Notes under the pieces: model-generated
Database searches by the model: none
What the model saw: the letters and a program-made list of their open reading frames with translations, nothing else
Told to the model about the DNA's origin: nothing
DNA from: Gemmatimonadales bacterium
GTDB taxonomy: Bacteria; Gemmatimonadota; Gemmatimonadetes; Gemmatimonadales; GWC2-71-9
Direction: 5' to 3'
Length of the DNA stretch: 64,000 nt
Assembly (NCBI GenBank): GCA_039794085.1
Contig: JBDIWC010000011.1
Location: 1 to 64,000 of the forward strand
Shown here: positions 18,035-27,665 of the stretch, in pieces
How positions within the stretch are numbered: position 1 is the first letter of the stretch
How the letters are laid out: every line of letters begins with the position of its first letter
Program-made: the position numbers and the translations under genes

Positions 18035-18931
18035 TTAGCCCGGGCCACTCTGCTCGGACTTCAGCCTCGCCGCCAGCCGCTCCCGGGCGGATGCAGCGTA
18101 GCGGCGGCACGCGTCCGGGTCGAGGAGTCCCTCCGGACGCTCGCGCCGTTCCCAGAAAGACGACGCCCCAGGATGCGGCGTGATCAGGATGTCGCAGGGA
18201 AGCCCTTCGAGCACAACGAATCCCCATTCGGCGCCAGCCAGGTCAGACCTCTCTCCGTAGCGATACCCCTCGGCGGAGATCGGGGTCTGGCTGTCGGCGA
18301 AGACGAGACTCAGGCACCTCTCTCTCTCGCACGATCTCCAGGACCAAGTCGTGCCCCCGGGGGTATGGACCGGAGTCAGATGCGGCGTCAGCGAGAGGGG
18401 ACCCAGGGTGATCGTCTCCCCGTTCGCGAGCTCCTCCACATTCGCCACGGGAGGGAAATCGAGCAATTCACCATGTTGCGGATCATCGGGGCTGGAGGTG
18501 CCGAGACGGATCGCCGCCCCGCTCGGATCGACCGCACCCACGCGGGCACCGGATGCTCTCTGCAACGCAGCGAGACCTCCTGCATGATCGGAATGGGCGT
18601 GGGAGTTCAGGATCAGCTTCACGTCGGCGATGTCGAACCCGAGAATGCGAATGTTCTCCATAATCAGGGGTGCGGTGTCGGGCAGTCCGCCATCGATCAG
18701 CACATGCCCCTCGGAAGAGGTGACCAGGACGGAGGCCAGCCCTTCGGTCCCGACGTAGTAGGTGTTCCCGAAGATCTGGAACGGCTCATGGGGCACGTTC
18801 CACACCCGGCAGCTCGGGCACAGTTCCACCGAGTACCCTTGAATCAACGGATCCTCGGTGGCCTGGGGCGAGCATGCTCCAAGGAGGAGCGCCTGGACGG
18901 CCAGGAGGCCGGATGTCGTCTGTCGTCGCAT
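18035..18931 (-). CDS. Subclass B3 metallo-beta-lactamase (predicted lipoprotein)
   Basis: WN.P.EPFQIFGNTYYVGT, LIDGG, SHAHSDHAGG, TP.HTPGG, ITPHP, C-terminal CRRYA; lipobox LLGAC. Confidence 0.9.
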   Translation of the reverse strand: MRRQTTSGLLAVQALLLGACSPQATEDPLIQGYSVELCPSCRVWNVPHEPFQIFGNTYYVGTEGLASVLVTSSEGHVLIDGGLPDTAPLIMENIRILGFDIADVKLILNSHAHSDHAGGLAALQRASGARVGAVDPSGAAIRLGTSSPDDPQHGELLDFPPVANVEELANGETITLGPLSLTPHLTPVHTPGGTTWSWRSCERERCLSLVFADSQTPISAEGYRYGERSDLAGAEWGFVVLEGLPCDILITPHPGASSFWERRERPEGLLDPDACRRYAASARERLAARLKSEQSGPG

Positions 18932-19029
18932 GACCGGGATGATATGTCCGCCTGTAGTTGGCTGGTCAGTCCCTCCTCGATCACGGCGCCGGGGCACCAG
19001 TGCAGGCTGCGACCGCGAAGTGTTGAGGG

Positions 19030-19332
19030 CTAGTCGGCGGTACGCCGCATCCACCGACGAGGTGAACGCTTGCCGTGATGGACCGCCAGCACCACGCACT
19101 CTTCTCCCCGTATCGTAAAGTAGACGGTAAATGGAAATCCGGGTACGCGTGCCGCACGAAGCTCCCGGAAGACGACCGGAAACGCCTCCGGCGTCGCGCC
19201 GACCCGTGCAAACGTGCCTTCCACGGCTCGAATGAACGCCTCGGCCGCTTGCTCGGATCGTTGGTAGTACCATACCGCCCCTTCCGCGAACTCAGCCTCC
19301 GCGACGGACTGAACGCGGACCGGGCGACTCAC
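19030..19332 (-). CDS. RelE/ParE family toxin
   Basis: AEAEF.E...WY, P.AFP, FPFTVYF, VLAVHHGKRSP. Confidence 0.9.
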   Translation of the reverse strand: MSRPVRVQSVAEAEFAEGAVWYYQRSEQAAEAFIRAVEGTFARVGATPEAFPVVFRELRAARVPGFPFTVYFTIRGEECVVLAVHHGKRSPRRWMRRTAD

Positions 19333-19544
19333 GTCAACATTGCCCGAATCCGGGCGATGACCTCGTCGGCTGGACGGTTGTCGGCAGGGTTCCGCTCGAG
19401 ATCGGCCAGGCGTCGATCGAGCTCGGCCTGGAGGTCCGGTGAGAGCGTCAGAGGCTCCTGATCAAGACTGTCCCAGATCTCCCCGATGAGATCGAGCCGC
19501 TCCGTGGGCGACAGCTTCCGGAAATCAAAGGCTTGCCTGCTCAT
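19329..19544 (-). CDS. Addiction-module antitoxin
   Basis: LSPTERLDLIGEIWDSL...ELDRRLA; overlaps the toxin start. Confidence 0.9.
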   Translation of the reverse strand: MSRQAFDFRKLSPTERLDLIGEIWDSLDQEPLTLSPDLQAELDRRLADLERNPADNRPADEVIARIRAMLT

Positions 19545-19813
19545 GCTCTAATCTTGGCGAGGGTGATCCGGGTGCGCAATCCTCTGCCGTCTGCCATGAC
19601 GAAGCCTGCCGCCAGAGCCCAATCGTGATCGCCACCTCCCTTCGGCGCACGGCCAACCCAGCCCGACCTGCGCACGCCTCCTGAAGCAAACGCACGCCGG
19701 GCGGCACCTCGAAGGCAGATCCATTGCCCATGGCGTCGCGGCGAGCTGGCGGTCAAGGTGGCCGTGGGATGGGGTCGGGATCCTGGGTGGCGAGCTTTTC
19801 TTTTACAAAGTTC

Positions 19814-19842
19814 TTGACAACACCACGACCCCTCTCCATCTT
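19814..19842 (+). promoter_or_regulatory. Putative sigma70 promoter
   Basis: TTGACA-17 bp-CATCTT, 9 bp before the ATG at 19852. Confidence 0.5.
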
Positions 19843-19851
19843 GTCTCCCTC

Positions 19852-20490
19852 ATGGAATCCTCCACCCCCCTGTCCCGCTCTGCCAGGCGCCCCGACGCCC
19901 AACGCGCCGCCGAGCCGACCGCGCTCGGGGACCGCGCCATGGATGACCTCCGCTTCATCCGCCGCACCATGGAACGGGGGCCCGCCTTCACCGCCGTGCC
20001 CGGATGGGGCGGCGTTGCCATGGGAGTCTCGGCGCTGGTGGCGGCATGGGCAGCGTCGACACAGCCGGCACCGGAGGGGTGGCTCGGAATGTGGCTCGCC
20101 GAGTCGGCGGTGGCCATCGCCATTGGCATCGGGGCGATGCGCCGGAAGGCCCGTCACGCCGGGCTCCCGCTCCTCTCCGGCACCGGCCGCAAGTTCGTCC
20201 TGAGTTTCCTGCCGCCGGCCATAGCCGGAGTCATCCTCACCCTCGCGATGTACCACACAGGGAACCTCGCCCTGGTCCCCGGAACCTGGCTCCTCCTCTA
20301 CGGTGCCGCTGTCATCACCGCAGGGACCTTTTCGGTGAGGGCCGTTCCGGTGATGGGGCTCTGCTTCATGGCCCTGGGCGGCATCGCATTCCTTACTCCG
20401 CCGACCTGGGGCGATCCCCTTCTTGCGGTGGGCTTTGGAGGGCTCCACCTCGGCTTCGGCGTCCACATCGCGAGGAACCATGGCGGCTGA
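19852..20490 (+). CDS. Integral membrane protein (about 6 TM)
   Basis: AMDDLRFIRRTMER followed by TM helices. Confidence 0.85.
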   Translation: MESSTPLSRSARRPDAQRAAEPTALGDRAMDDLRFIRRTMERGPAFTAVPGWGGVAMGVSALVAAWAASTQPAPEGWLGMWLAESAVAIAIGIGAMRRKARHAGLPLLSGTGRKFVLSFLPPAIAGVILTLAMYHTGNLALVPGTWLLLYGAAVITAGTFSVRAVPVMGLCFMALGGIAFLTPPTWGDPLLAVGFGGLHLGFGVHIARNHGG

Positions 20491-20872
20491 GGGTGCCCGG
20501 TTCAGAAGGGTGCGTCCCGATGCGGGCGAGGACGATCCCCCCATGCGGCTGACCAGCGAGCCGGCCAATCCGGCCAACCCGGTCGAGCTGGACCGGATCA
20601 TCCACGGCCGGGTCCGTCTCGGCATCGTCAGCGCGCTGGCGGTGAACGGGTCGCTCAGCTTCACCGAGCTCAAGGAGTTTCTGGAGACGTCGGACGGCAA
20701 CCTGAGCGTCCACGCCCGGCGCCTCGAGGAGGCGGAGTACATCACCTGCATCAAATCGTTCGCCGGTCGCGTTCCCCATACCGAATACCGGCTGACGGAA
20801 AAGGGGCGGAGCGCGCTCACCAAGTATCTCGACCACATGGAAGCCCTGATCGGACGGGTTCGCGAGCCGTAA
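20480..20872 (+). CDS. Winged-helix (ArsR/MarR-like) transcriptional regulator
   Basis: [47 protein letters not shown]; start may be at 20543. Confidence 0.88.
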   Translation: MAAEGARFRRVRPDAGEDDPPMRLTSEPANPANPVELDRIIHGRVRLGIVSALAVNGSLSFTELKEFLETSDGNLSVHARRLEEAEYITCIKSFAGRVPHTEYRLTEKGRSALTKYLDHMEALIGRVREP

Positions 20873-20918
20873 TTGGCCTCGACCCGGTTCTTCAGACTCT
20901 TTTTTGAGGATCCACTTC

Positions 20919-21710
20919 ATGATTCCAAGTGCTTTGGCGCGTCGATGGGATCCCCGGGACGGGGATCTGCTCCTGCCAACACTGGCCGAAACGGAGGGAT
21001 GCCGCTGTCTCCACGCCGCCATCATCATGGATGGAAACGGGCGCTGGGCGGAGCACCGAGGCCTGCCGAGGGTGGCGGGACACCGGGCGGGAGTGGAGAC
21101 GGTGCGGCGGGTGGTGTCGGCGGCTCCAGCGGAGGGGATCGGCACCCTCACCCTCTACGCATTCTCGTCCGACAATTGGCGCCGGCCGACTTTCGAAGTC
21201 AGGAACCTGATGGGTCTCCTCCGGACCCATCTCCGGTCCGAGGCCGACCGGCTGGTCGAGGAGGGGGTGCGGGTGAGCGTGATCGGCCGGCGGGACCGGC
21301 TCGCCCCCGCGCTGATCGATGAGATCCGGACGATCGAGGCGCGCACCCGGCCCGGCACCCGGCTGCACCTGCAGCTCGCGGTCGACTACTCGGGGCGGGA
21401 CGCGATCCTGGAGGCGGCCCGGACATCCAGCAACGAGCCGGCGACGAGCCGGGAGGTGTTTGCCACCCGGATCGCCCGCGCACTCCACCTCGACACCGCG
21501 ATCCCCGACGTCGACCTCGTCATCCGTACCGGAGGAGAGCAGCGCCTGAGCGATTTTCTGCTCTGGGAGTGTGCCTACGCCGAGCTCGTCTTCACTCCTC
21601 GGCTCTGGCCCGACTTCGACGAGGGGGATCTCGGCGCGGCAGTGCGTGAGTTCGCGGGGCGGGAGCGCCGCTTCGGTGGACGGCCATCCTCACAGCGGGC
21701 GAAAGGCTGA
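20919..21710 (+). CDS. uppS: cis-prenyltransferase (undecaprenyl-diphosphate synthase-like)
   Basis: [53 protein letters not shown]. Confidence 0.93.
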   Translation: MIPSALARRWDPRDGDLLLPTLAETEGCRCLHAAIIMDGNGRWAEHRGLPRVAGHRAGVETVRRVVSAAPAEGIGTLTLYAFSSDNWRRPTFEVRNLMGLLRTHLRSEADRLVEEGVRVSVIGRRDRLAPALIDEIRTIEARTRPGTRLHLQLAVDYSGRDAILEAARTSSNEPATSREVFATRIARALHLDTAIPDVDLVIRTGGEQRLSDFLLWECAYAELVFTPRLWPDFDEGDLGAAVREFAGRERRFGGRPSSQRAKG

Positions 21711-21714
21711 TTCG

Positions 21715-23319
21715 ATGACCACCCAGTCCCAGGTGCCTAACGCCCAGGCAAAGGCCTCCCCGGTTGTCCTTCCCGTGGGTGCGGTCCTCGTCGTGGGACT
21801 TGTTCTCGGCATTGCGGGTGACGTGTTGCTCCGCGGCCGGGGCGGGCCCGGTCTCAACTTCTTCCTCCTCCTGGCGGCTCTCGGTGTGGCGGTCCGGGTT
21901 CTGAGCCGTCGCGCCGGCCTGGCACTCAGCCGAGAGTCGCTCGTGCTGATAGGGGTGGGGGTCGCCTTCGGTGCCACGTTGATGTTCCGCGCGTCGGGAC
22001 CACTCCGGGCCATGGCCTTCCTCGCCGCGGCCGTGGCGTTTGCCCTGCCTGCGCTCAGGGCTGGTACGGCCTGGCTCCGGCGAAGCGGTGTGAGCGAGCA
22101 GATCATGGCGATGGTGCTGGCCGGGGCGAACGGCCTCGTGGGGGCCTTCCGGTTGATCGGCGCGGGCATGGCAACAACGCCGGCTGGTTCCCCGGCGCCT
22201 GGCGAAGCGGACACTCGTTCGGCGGGTGCCGTGCTCCGGGGGCTGTTGCTCGGCATCCCCTTCCTCTTCCTCTTCGGCGCACTCTTCATGTCGGCCGACA
22301 GGATCTTCTCGGACCTCGTCACTGGTTTGGTTCGCTTCGACCTTGAGGAGATCGCCTCGCACCTCTTCCTCACGGCGGTTATCACCTGGCTCGGCTGTGG
22401 TTACCTCACCGGGTTCCTGTCCGGCACGCGGCCCAGCTTTCTTCCTGAGACATTGCCCTCGCGGCCGAGGGTCGGGATCATCGAGATCGGGATCGCGCTG
22501 GGCCTGGTCAACATCCTGTTCCTGCTGTTCGTCACGGTGCAGTTCCGCTACCTCTTCGGTGGGAGCGGACTGGTGGAGGTCACACCGGGCCTCACCTACG
22601 CCGAGTACGTGCGGGAGGGTTTCGAACAGCTCGCGATGGCGTGCGCGCTGGTGCTTCCGTCCCTCCTCGCGGCCGATTGGCTCCTGCACTCCCGAGGGCG
22701 GCAGGATGGGCTCATCTTTCGGATCATGGCGGGCATTCTGCTTCTGCTTCTCCTGGTGATCATCGCGTCCGCGTTCCAGCGGGTCCGGGTCTACCAGGCG
22801 GCGTACGGTCTCACCGATTCGCGCTTCTACGGGGCGGCTTTCCTCGGGTGGCTCACGCTCCTCACGGTCTGGTTCGCGGGGACGGTCCTCCGGGGACACC
22901 GGGAGCGATTCGCGTTTCCGGCGCTGGTGTCCGGCTTCGGGTTCGTGGCACTGCTGCTGGCAGTGAATCCCGACGTGCGGATCGCGCGCACGAATCTGGC
23001 GCGGGCTGGGGCCATGATGACGGGGACGGGAGGAGCCACCGAGGGGGAGGGCGTCGATGCCCGCTATCTCGTTTCGCTGAGTGCCGACGCGGTGCCGACC
23101 CTGATGGACGCTCTCTTGGCCCTCCCGGAGGAACCGCGCTGCGTGCTGGCCCGGGGCCTGCTCGAGCAGTGGGGCCCGGAGGGGAAGCACCCGCCCGATT
23201 GGCGGAGTTGGAACTGGCCGGAGGCACGGGCGCGGCAGAGGGTGGAACGGGACAGTGAGTCGCTCCGCGCGATGGTGGTGGCTGTTGATGGAGACGTGTG
23301 CTCAGGCAAGGACCAATGA
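21715..23319 (+). CDS. DUF4153/DUF4173-like multi-pass membrane protein
   Basis: LF.SAD..F, QFRYLFG, TYAEY.REGF.QL, YGLT..R, YL.SLSADAVP, WRSWNW. Confidence 0.82.
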   Translation: MTTQSQVPNAQAKASPVVLPVGAVLVVGLVLGIAGDVLLRGRGGPGLNFFLLLAALGVAVRVLSRRAGLALSRESLVLIGVGVAFGATLMFRASGPLRAMAFLAAAVAFALPALRAGTAWLRRSGVSEQIMAMVLAGANGLVGAFRLIGAGMATTPAGSPAPGEADTRSAGAVLRGLLLGIPFLFLFGALFMSADRIFSDLVTGLVRFDLEEIASHLFLTAVITWLGCGYLTGFLSGTRPSFLPETLPSRPRVGIIEIGIALGLVNILFLLFVTVQFRYLFGGSGLVEVTPGLTYAEYVREGFEQLAMACALVLPSLLAADWLLHSRGRQDGLIFRIMAGILLLLLLVIIASAFQRVRVYQAAYGLTDSRFYGAAFLGWLTLLTVWFAGTVLRGHRERFAFPALVSGFGFVALLLAVNPDVRIARTNLARAGAMMTGTGGATEGEGVDARYLVSLSADAVPTLMDALLALPEEPRCVLARGLLEQWGPEGKHPPDWRSWNWPEARARQRVERDSESLRAMVVAVDGDVCSGKDQ

Positions 23320-23917
23320 CCTCCCCTTCGATGAAGCAGTGGCTGATTGGAAGTTCGAAGGGGGAAGTTTGAAGTTTGAAGGTGAATGAAGCATGGAGAA
23401 GTGGGGAGAAAGAAGGCGGAAAAGCATCGGAGTCTGGCGTCGATATCGGAGCGTCACCCCGGCGCACGCCGGGGTCCATTCCCGCCCCCGCATGGTCGCC
23501 GCAGCCGGCGCAACTGCCAGCCACAGATGACACAAATCCCGCGGCGTCAAACTGCATTTGTCACAGGGTGGGGATCAAGAATGGGGTCACGCGGAGACGG
23601 GGAGTCGCGGAGGAAGTCGGAGCCTGTCCACAGTCGGAGCGTCACCCCCGAGCCTGGGAGGGGATCTGAGAAGGCCGTTGGAGTACTCTCGTCGTCGGAG
23701 CTTCGTCGGCCCGCACAGGGGACAGACTCAACGCAAAGCCGCCAAGACGCAGGGACGCCACGGGACATGGAACCCTCCGCGGCTCCGCGCCTCCGCGTGA
23801 CCAGCTGTTCTCTGGGTGTTCCGGGGTACAGAAGTGGGCCAGAATGGAGCTTCATTGTTGGTGCCGGAACCGTATTGACCGTATCAGTGGAATCAACCAG
23901 CGAGCAAGGAGGTTGCG

Positions 23918-24346
23918 ATGGAGTGGGCGAGACGGATCCGCGGTGCCATCGGGATGGGCCTGACGTGGGCGCTGGCCTGGTTCAGTGCGGGGATCGCGCT
24001 GCTGCTGGTTGTCGGCGTGGGTGCGGCGGACGTTCCGTTTCCCCTCGGGTTCGGCATGCTCGGCTTTGGGGCGGGTGTGATCTTCTCCGGGGTCCTCGGC
24101 GTGATGGAGCGTCGCCGGCGGTTCGATCAGATGTCCGTCCGGCGCTTCGCGGGGTGGGGAGGGGTCGGGGGCCTTCTGCTGTCGGCGATTTTCGTTCTGG
24201 TGGCGGCCCTGGCGGGGGATGCCAGTGTGGAGGTACTGGTGGTGGCTCCGGTGTTCGCGCTTTCGGGTGCCGCTTCTGCGGCGGGGTCGCTGGCGCTGGC
24301 CCGCATGGCGGAGCGGCGGGAACGGATTCCTTCCCGAGGGTCATGA
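23918..24346 (+). CDS. Small membrane protein (about 4 TM)
   Basis: AAGGAGG RBS; degenerate second copy at about 40412-40725. Confidence 0.75.
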   Translation: MEWARRIRGAIGMGLTWALAWFSAGIALLLVVGVGAADVPFPLGFGMLGFGAGVIFSGVLGVMERRRRFDQMSVRRFAGWGGVGGLLLSAIFVLVAALAGDASVEVLVVAPVFALSGAASAAGSLALARMAERRERIPSRGS

Positions 24347-24688
24347 ACAGAGGTTTGGGGCAGGACAGGGTGGTGGCGCTGTTGTGTGGATCGATCCCTT
24401 CAGGGTCCGTGAGCTGCGCAGGCATCCATCGGTCATGTGTGCCGCTGCCTGGTGGTACGGTCGGCTCCGAACGGACCCTTCAATCAAGCGCCGCGAACCG
24501 GAGGGCGCCAATAGCCCCTCCAATATCCCCCCAGGCTGTGCCCATCGCAGCCGCGGCCCTCGCGACCATTGACGAGGAGGGATGGGAAACGCAGCCGCCA
24601 ACGGCGACACTCATCAGCATGATGAAGGCGGCTGCGAGAGCGTGCTCGTGGATATGTGTCAAGTGTACTCTCATGCCGGCCTTTGACG

Positions 24689-24714
24689 GCCTAACGTGCA
24701 GTACCGTGTTATAT
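24689..24714 (-). mobile_element. Collapsed attC site (R'' and R' only)
   Basis: Minus strand ATATAAC-12 bp-GTTAGGC, about 20 bp after the hydrolase stop. Confidence 0.55.
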
Positions 24715-24733
24715 GACTCCATCCGTTCGTGCT

Positions 24734-25561
24734 TCAGCCGAGGAACCGAGTGATGTGATCCCCGATTTCATCCGGCTTCTCGTCGATCAGCCAATGACCA
24801 GCGTCCCTGATCCAGACAAGTTCCGCATCCGGAATGGCTTTGGCCAACTTCGGGGCATATTCCGGCTTTTGGAAAGGATCCTTGTCACCCCACAGCACGA
24901 GCGATTGATGTGGAAGATGTTTGAGTTCATCGGCAATTGCCTGGGTATATTCCTTGTTCAACCGCCTCAGATTGCGAAAAAATGCCCGCTTGCCGTCTTC
25001 GCTTGACCACGGCGCAAGATAAAGCTGAATAAGCTCATCCGTCATGATGCTCTTGTTATGGACACCATTGGGCAAAAAAGCCCGCATCATGCCTACAAAG
25101 TCGTTCAGACTCATCTCAGATTCAGCCTCTGGTTTCTGCAGAGGCTCAAACTCCGGAATGGGCCACGAGTCGAAGCAGACACTATCCATCAAGACAAGTT
25201 TGCGAATTTTCTCTGGATGATGGACGGCCATCAACTGAGCGACACCTCCTCCGATATCATGCGCCACGATATCGGCTCGTGGCGCGCCCAGGGCATCCAT
25301 GAGTGTCACGAGTATGTGGCTTTGGGCATTGATTGACACATCCGCGCTTTTGGGTTTCGCGGATTGGCCGTAATTGAGCAGATCGGGGGCGATAACGCGA
25401 CGCGTTTTCGCAAGTTGTGGAATAATATCCCGCCACATGAGGCTATTGGTCGGAATCCCGTGAATCAGGATTACGGGACGACCCGCGCCCTGTTCCCGAA
25501 ATGCAATCTTGTGCCCATCAATGTACGTATGGCTTTCTGTGATATGAGGGCTAATGCTCAT
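24734..25561 (-). CDS. Alpha/beta hydrolase (haloalkane dehalogenase/epoxide hydrolase-like), integron cassette
   Basis: HGIP, APDL.NYG.S, AHDIGG nucleophile elbow, WG.KD, AGHW; AGGAGG RBS; clearly lower GC than its flanks. Confidence 0.92.
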   Translation of the reverse strand: MSISPHITESHTYIDGHKIAFREQGAGRPVILIHGIPTNSLMWRDIIPQLAKTRRVIAPDLLNYGQSAKPKSADVSINAQSHILVTLMDALGAPRADIVAHDIGGGVAQLMAVHHPEKIRKLVLMDSVCFDSWPIPEFEPLQKPEAESEMSLNDFVGMMRAFLPNGVHNKSIMTDELIQLYLAPWSSEDGKRAFFRNLRRLNKEYTQAIADELKHLPHQSLVLWGDKDPFQKPEYAPKLAKAIPDAELVWIRDAGHWLIDEKPDEIGDHITRFLG

Positions 25562-25600
25562 TATGTCCTCCTGAATGGTGGAACCAACAATCCTGAGGCC

Positions 25601-25694
25601 ATCTAACGGACCGCGCTTATAATAAGGTGCAGCGCACTGGTGAAAGATCACATACCCTTATTTTGCGCTGTCAGCTTCAAGCAGCTTGTTAGGC
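25601..25694 (-). mobile_element. attC recombination site
   Basis: Minus strand GCCTAAC (R'') ... internal palindrome aataagg/ccttatt ... GTTAGAT (R'); 94 bp, lying between two co-oriented ORFs. Confidence 0.8.
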
Positions 25695-25709
25695 GGCTCT
25701 GTCGAGTCC

Positions 25710-26291
25710 TTATCCGCGGGCGACTCGGATCATGTCGGACCGTCCCGGAAACGACCGGCCATCGCTGCGCCGCAGCAGCATGCGGGCGTCGGCGCGTTTC
25801 TCTCCTTCCAGCGACGTAACACTCCAGCCGACCTGCACAACGAACCGCTGGGTCCATTCCCGGACGGCGGCGAAAGAGAACACGTGCGACTCCTCGTCGA
25901 ACTCGACTAGAATGCGCGACGTCGGCGCCAACCCAAGTTGTGGGTCGATCTCCTCGAGCCCTGCGGCGAAGTTGTCTAATTCGTATTGGAAGCCGCGCCG
26001 CCGGTCTCCGCTCAGTTCGTGCAGTAGGATGAGCGCGATCATCCCGCGCATCGTCGTGGGTGCCAGTAGCGCCGGGGAGGGCAGGCGGACGAGGAAGGTC
26101 TCGATCTGGTCGCGGGGGACCTTGTGCCCGGAGGGCATGAAGACGTACGCGTCGGTCCCGACCGTGAGCGAGCCTGGCGGTGTATACCCATGCAGTGGAT
26201 GGGTAGCAACTTGCGCGAAGCGGAGTAGCGCGGAAGCAAGACGCGCCGCTTCTAACCTCACATCGTCCGTGTTTGCGGCGATCGCAGTCAT
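25710..26291 (-). CDS. Hypothetical protein, first integron cassette
   Basis: AGGAG RBS; bounded by GTTGGGCGGCTC and GAGCCGCCTAAC. Confidence 0.7.
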   Translation of the reverse strand: MTAIAANTDDVRLEAARLASALLRFAQVATHPLHGYTPPGSLTVGTDAYVFMPSGHKVPRDQIETFLVRLPSPALLAPTTMRGMIALILLHELSGDRRRGFQYELDNFAAGLEEIDPQLGLAPTSRILVEFDEESHVFSFAAVREWTQRFVVQVGWSVTSLEGEKRADARMLLRRSDGRSFPGRSDMIRVARG

Positions 26292-26314
26292 GGCCCTGCT
26301 CTCCTGTCGGAGCC

Positions 26315-26379
26315 GCCCAACTTGTTTATCGGTCTCCCGGTACACCTCCCAAACCCCGAAAGAGTGTACCGCCCGTAAC
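26315..26379 (-). mobile_element. Putative attI-like primary recombination site downstream of intI
   Basis: GTTGGGC core at 26321-26315, preceded by a ggtacac...gtgtacc inverted repeat. Confidence 0.5.
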
Positions 26380-26684
26380 CTAATCTGTAAAGACTGCGGG
26401 ACCCTCCAGATCCAGGAGGTCCGCTGGACTCCGCACCCCCAGCCCGGCCCGGTTCATCACATGGGTGTAGAGCATCGTCGTCGAGACATCCCGGTGACCC
26501 AACAGCTCCTGGACCGTTCGGATGTCCGCCCCACCTTTCAGGAGATGAGTGGCACAACTGTGCCGTAAGGTGTGGCAACTGGTCCGCTTCGATATCCCCG
26601 CCTCCCGAACCGCCCGCGCCACCGCCGGTTGGATCACGGACGCATGAAGATGATGCCGCGGTCGCTCCGCCGAGTCGCGGTCCC
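26380..26684 (-). pseudogene. intI: Integron integrase, C-terminal fragment
   Basis: [51 protein letters not shown]...GVRSPAD. Confidence 0.93.
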
Positions 26685-26788
26685 TTCGCGGCCCTTCGGC
26701 TGGATGGGCGGGTTAGCCCCGGCCCGGCGATCGGCCAGAAGTCCTCATGGCGTCCTCTTTCATGGTAAGGGCTGGCCATCGTGAGGTG

Positions 26789-26862
26789 ACCTAACGGATC
26801 TCATGAGCTGCGGCGGCTCGACGACCGGATCCGGCCACGCGAACCCAATGGCGGCAGCGTCA
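26789..26862 (-). mobile_element. Partial attC (right half)
   Basis: Minus strand ...gccgccgcagctcatgagatccGTTAGGT directly after a gene end; no R'' found. Confidence 0.5.
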
Positions 26863-27062
26863 GTCGGCCGGCCTGGTCGCCTTCCGGTTTGCGGGTCGCA
26901 ACTCACCGCATGCCTCCGGCTCCACTGTCCACATGGAGTTCGAGACGAGACACTCATCCTCGACCTTGACGAAGCCGGACACGTTGACACCGCAATGGCT
27001 GGTATCGCCGTTCACCCAGAGTTCATATGGCGCCCAGACCACCGCGATCGACCCGCGCACCA
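26860..27062 (-). pseudogene. C-terminal fragment of an NTF2-like protein
   Basis: IAVVWAPYE.WVNG..SHCGVN...WTVEP. Confidence 0.6.
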
Positions 27063-27267
27063 CTCCTCCGTTGGTTCCGGCGGGATCGGACGCCGGGATC
27101 GCTGGCGCTGGCCAAAATGGCGGAGAGGGGGGACGGCTGAAGGTGGGTGCCACGGGTCCTGGCACCGAGGGGGCAGGTCACATCGCCTCAGAGAGAAAAG
27201 AAAAGAAGTCAGGGGATGCCGGACTACTCCTCATCCTCGTGCAAGCGCGGGTCCAGGCCGGTGGGAG

Positions 27268-27635
27268 GACTGTGCATGCACGGTGCTGGCCACGGTCGTG
27301 AGCACGAGGGTGCCGGGGACAGGCCGTGATTGACGCCGACGCCAAGGCGCTGGGGCGCGAGCCGATCTGCGGCGTAACCGGGGAAGGGTGGGGGGGCGCC
27401 GCTCGACCTCGATGTCGTGGTGTCGCGGATGAGCGAGGAGCACGGCATCCTCGACCTCTCCGGTTCCGGCTGGCGTCCGCGCGTGGGCGACCTAGTGCGC
27501 GTGGTCCCCAACCACATGTGCATCGTGACGCACCTCCACGACGTGATCTCCGGTGTGCGCCGTGACGAGGTGGTGACGTCGTGGCCGGTGGACGCTCGCG
27601 GGAGCGGGTACGGGTCGTTGATCGGCGCTCCGTAG
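27268..27635 (+). pseudogene. C-terminal fragment of a D-threonine aldolase/DSD1-family PLP enzyme
   Basis: TVLATVVS, VIDA..KALG, SEEHG, VGD.VRVVPNH.C, W.VDARG; frameshifted. Confidence 0.8.
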
Positions 27636-27665
27636 GCCGGGTACGCACCGCCCCGGTCACGCGGC

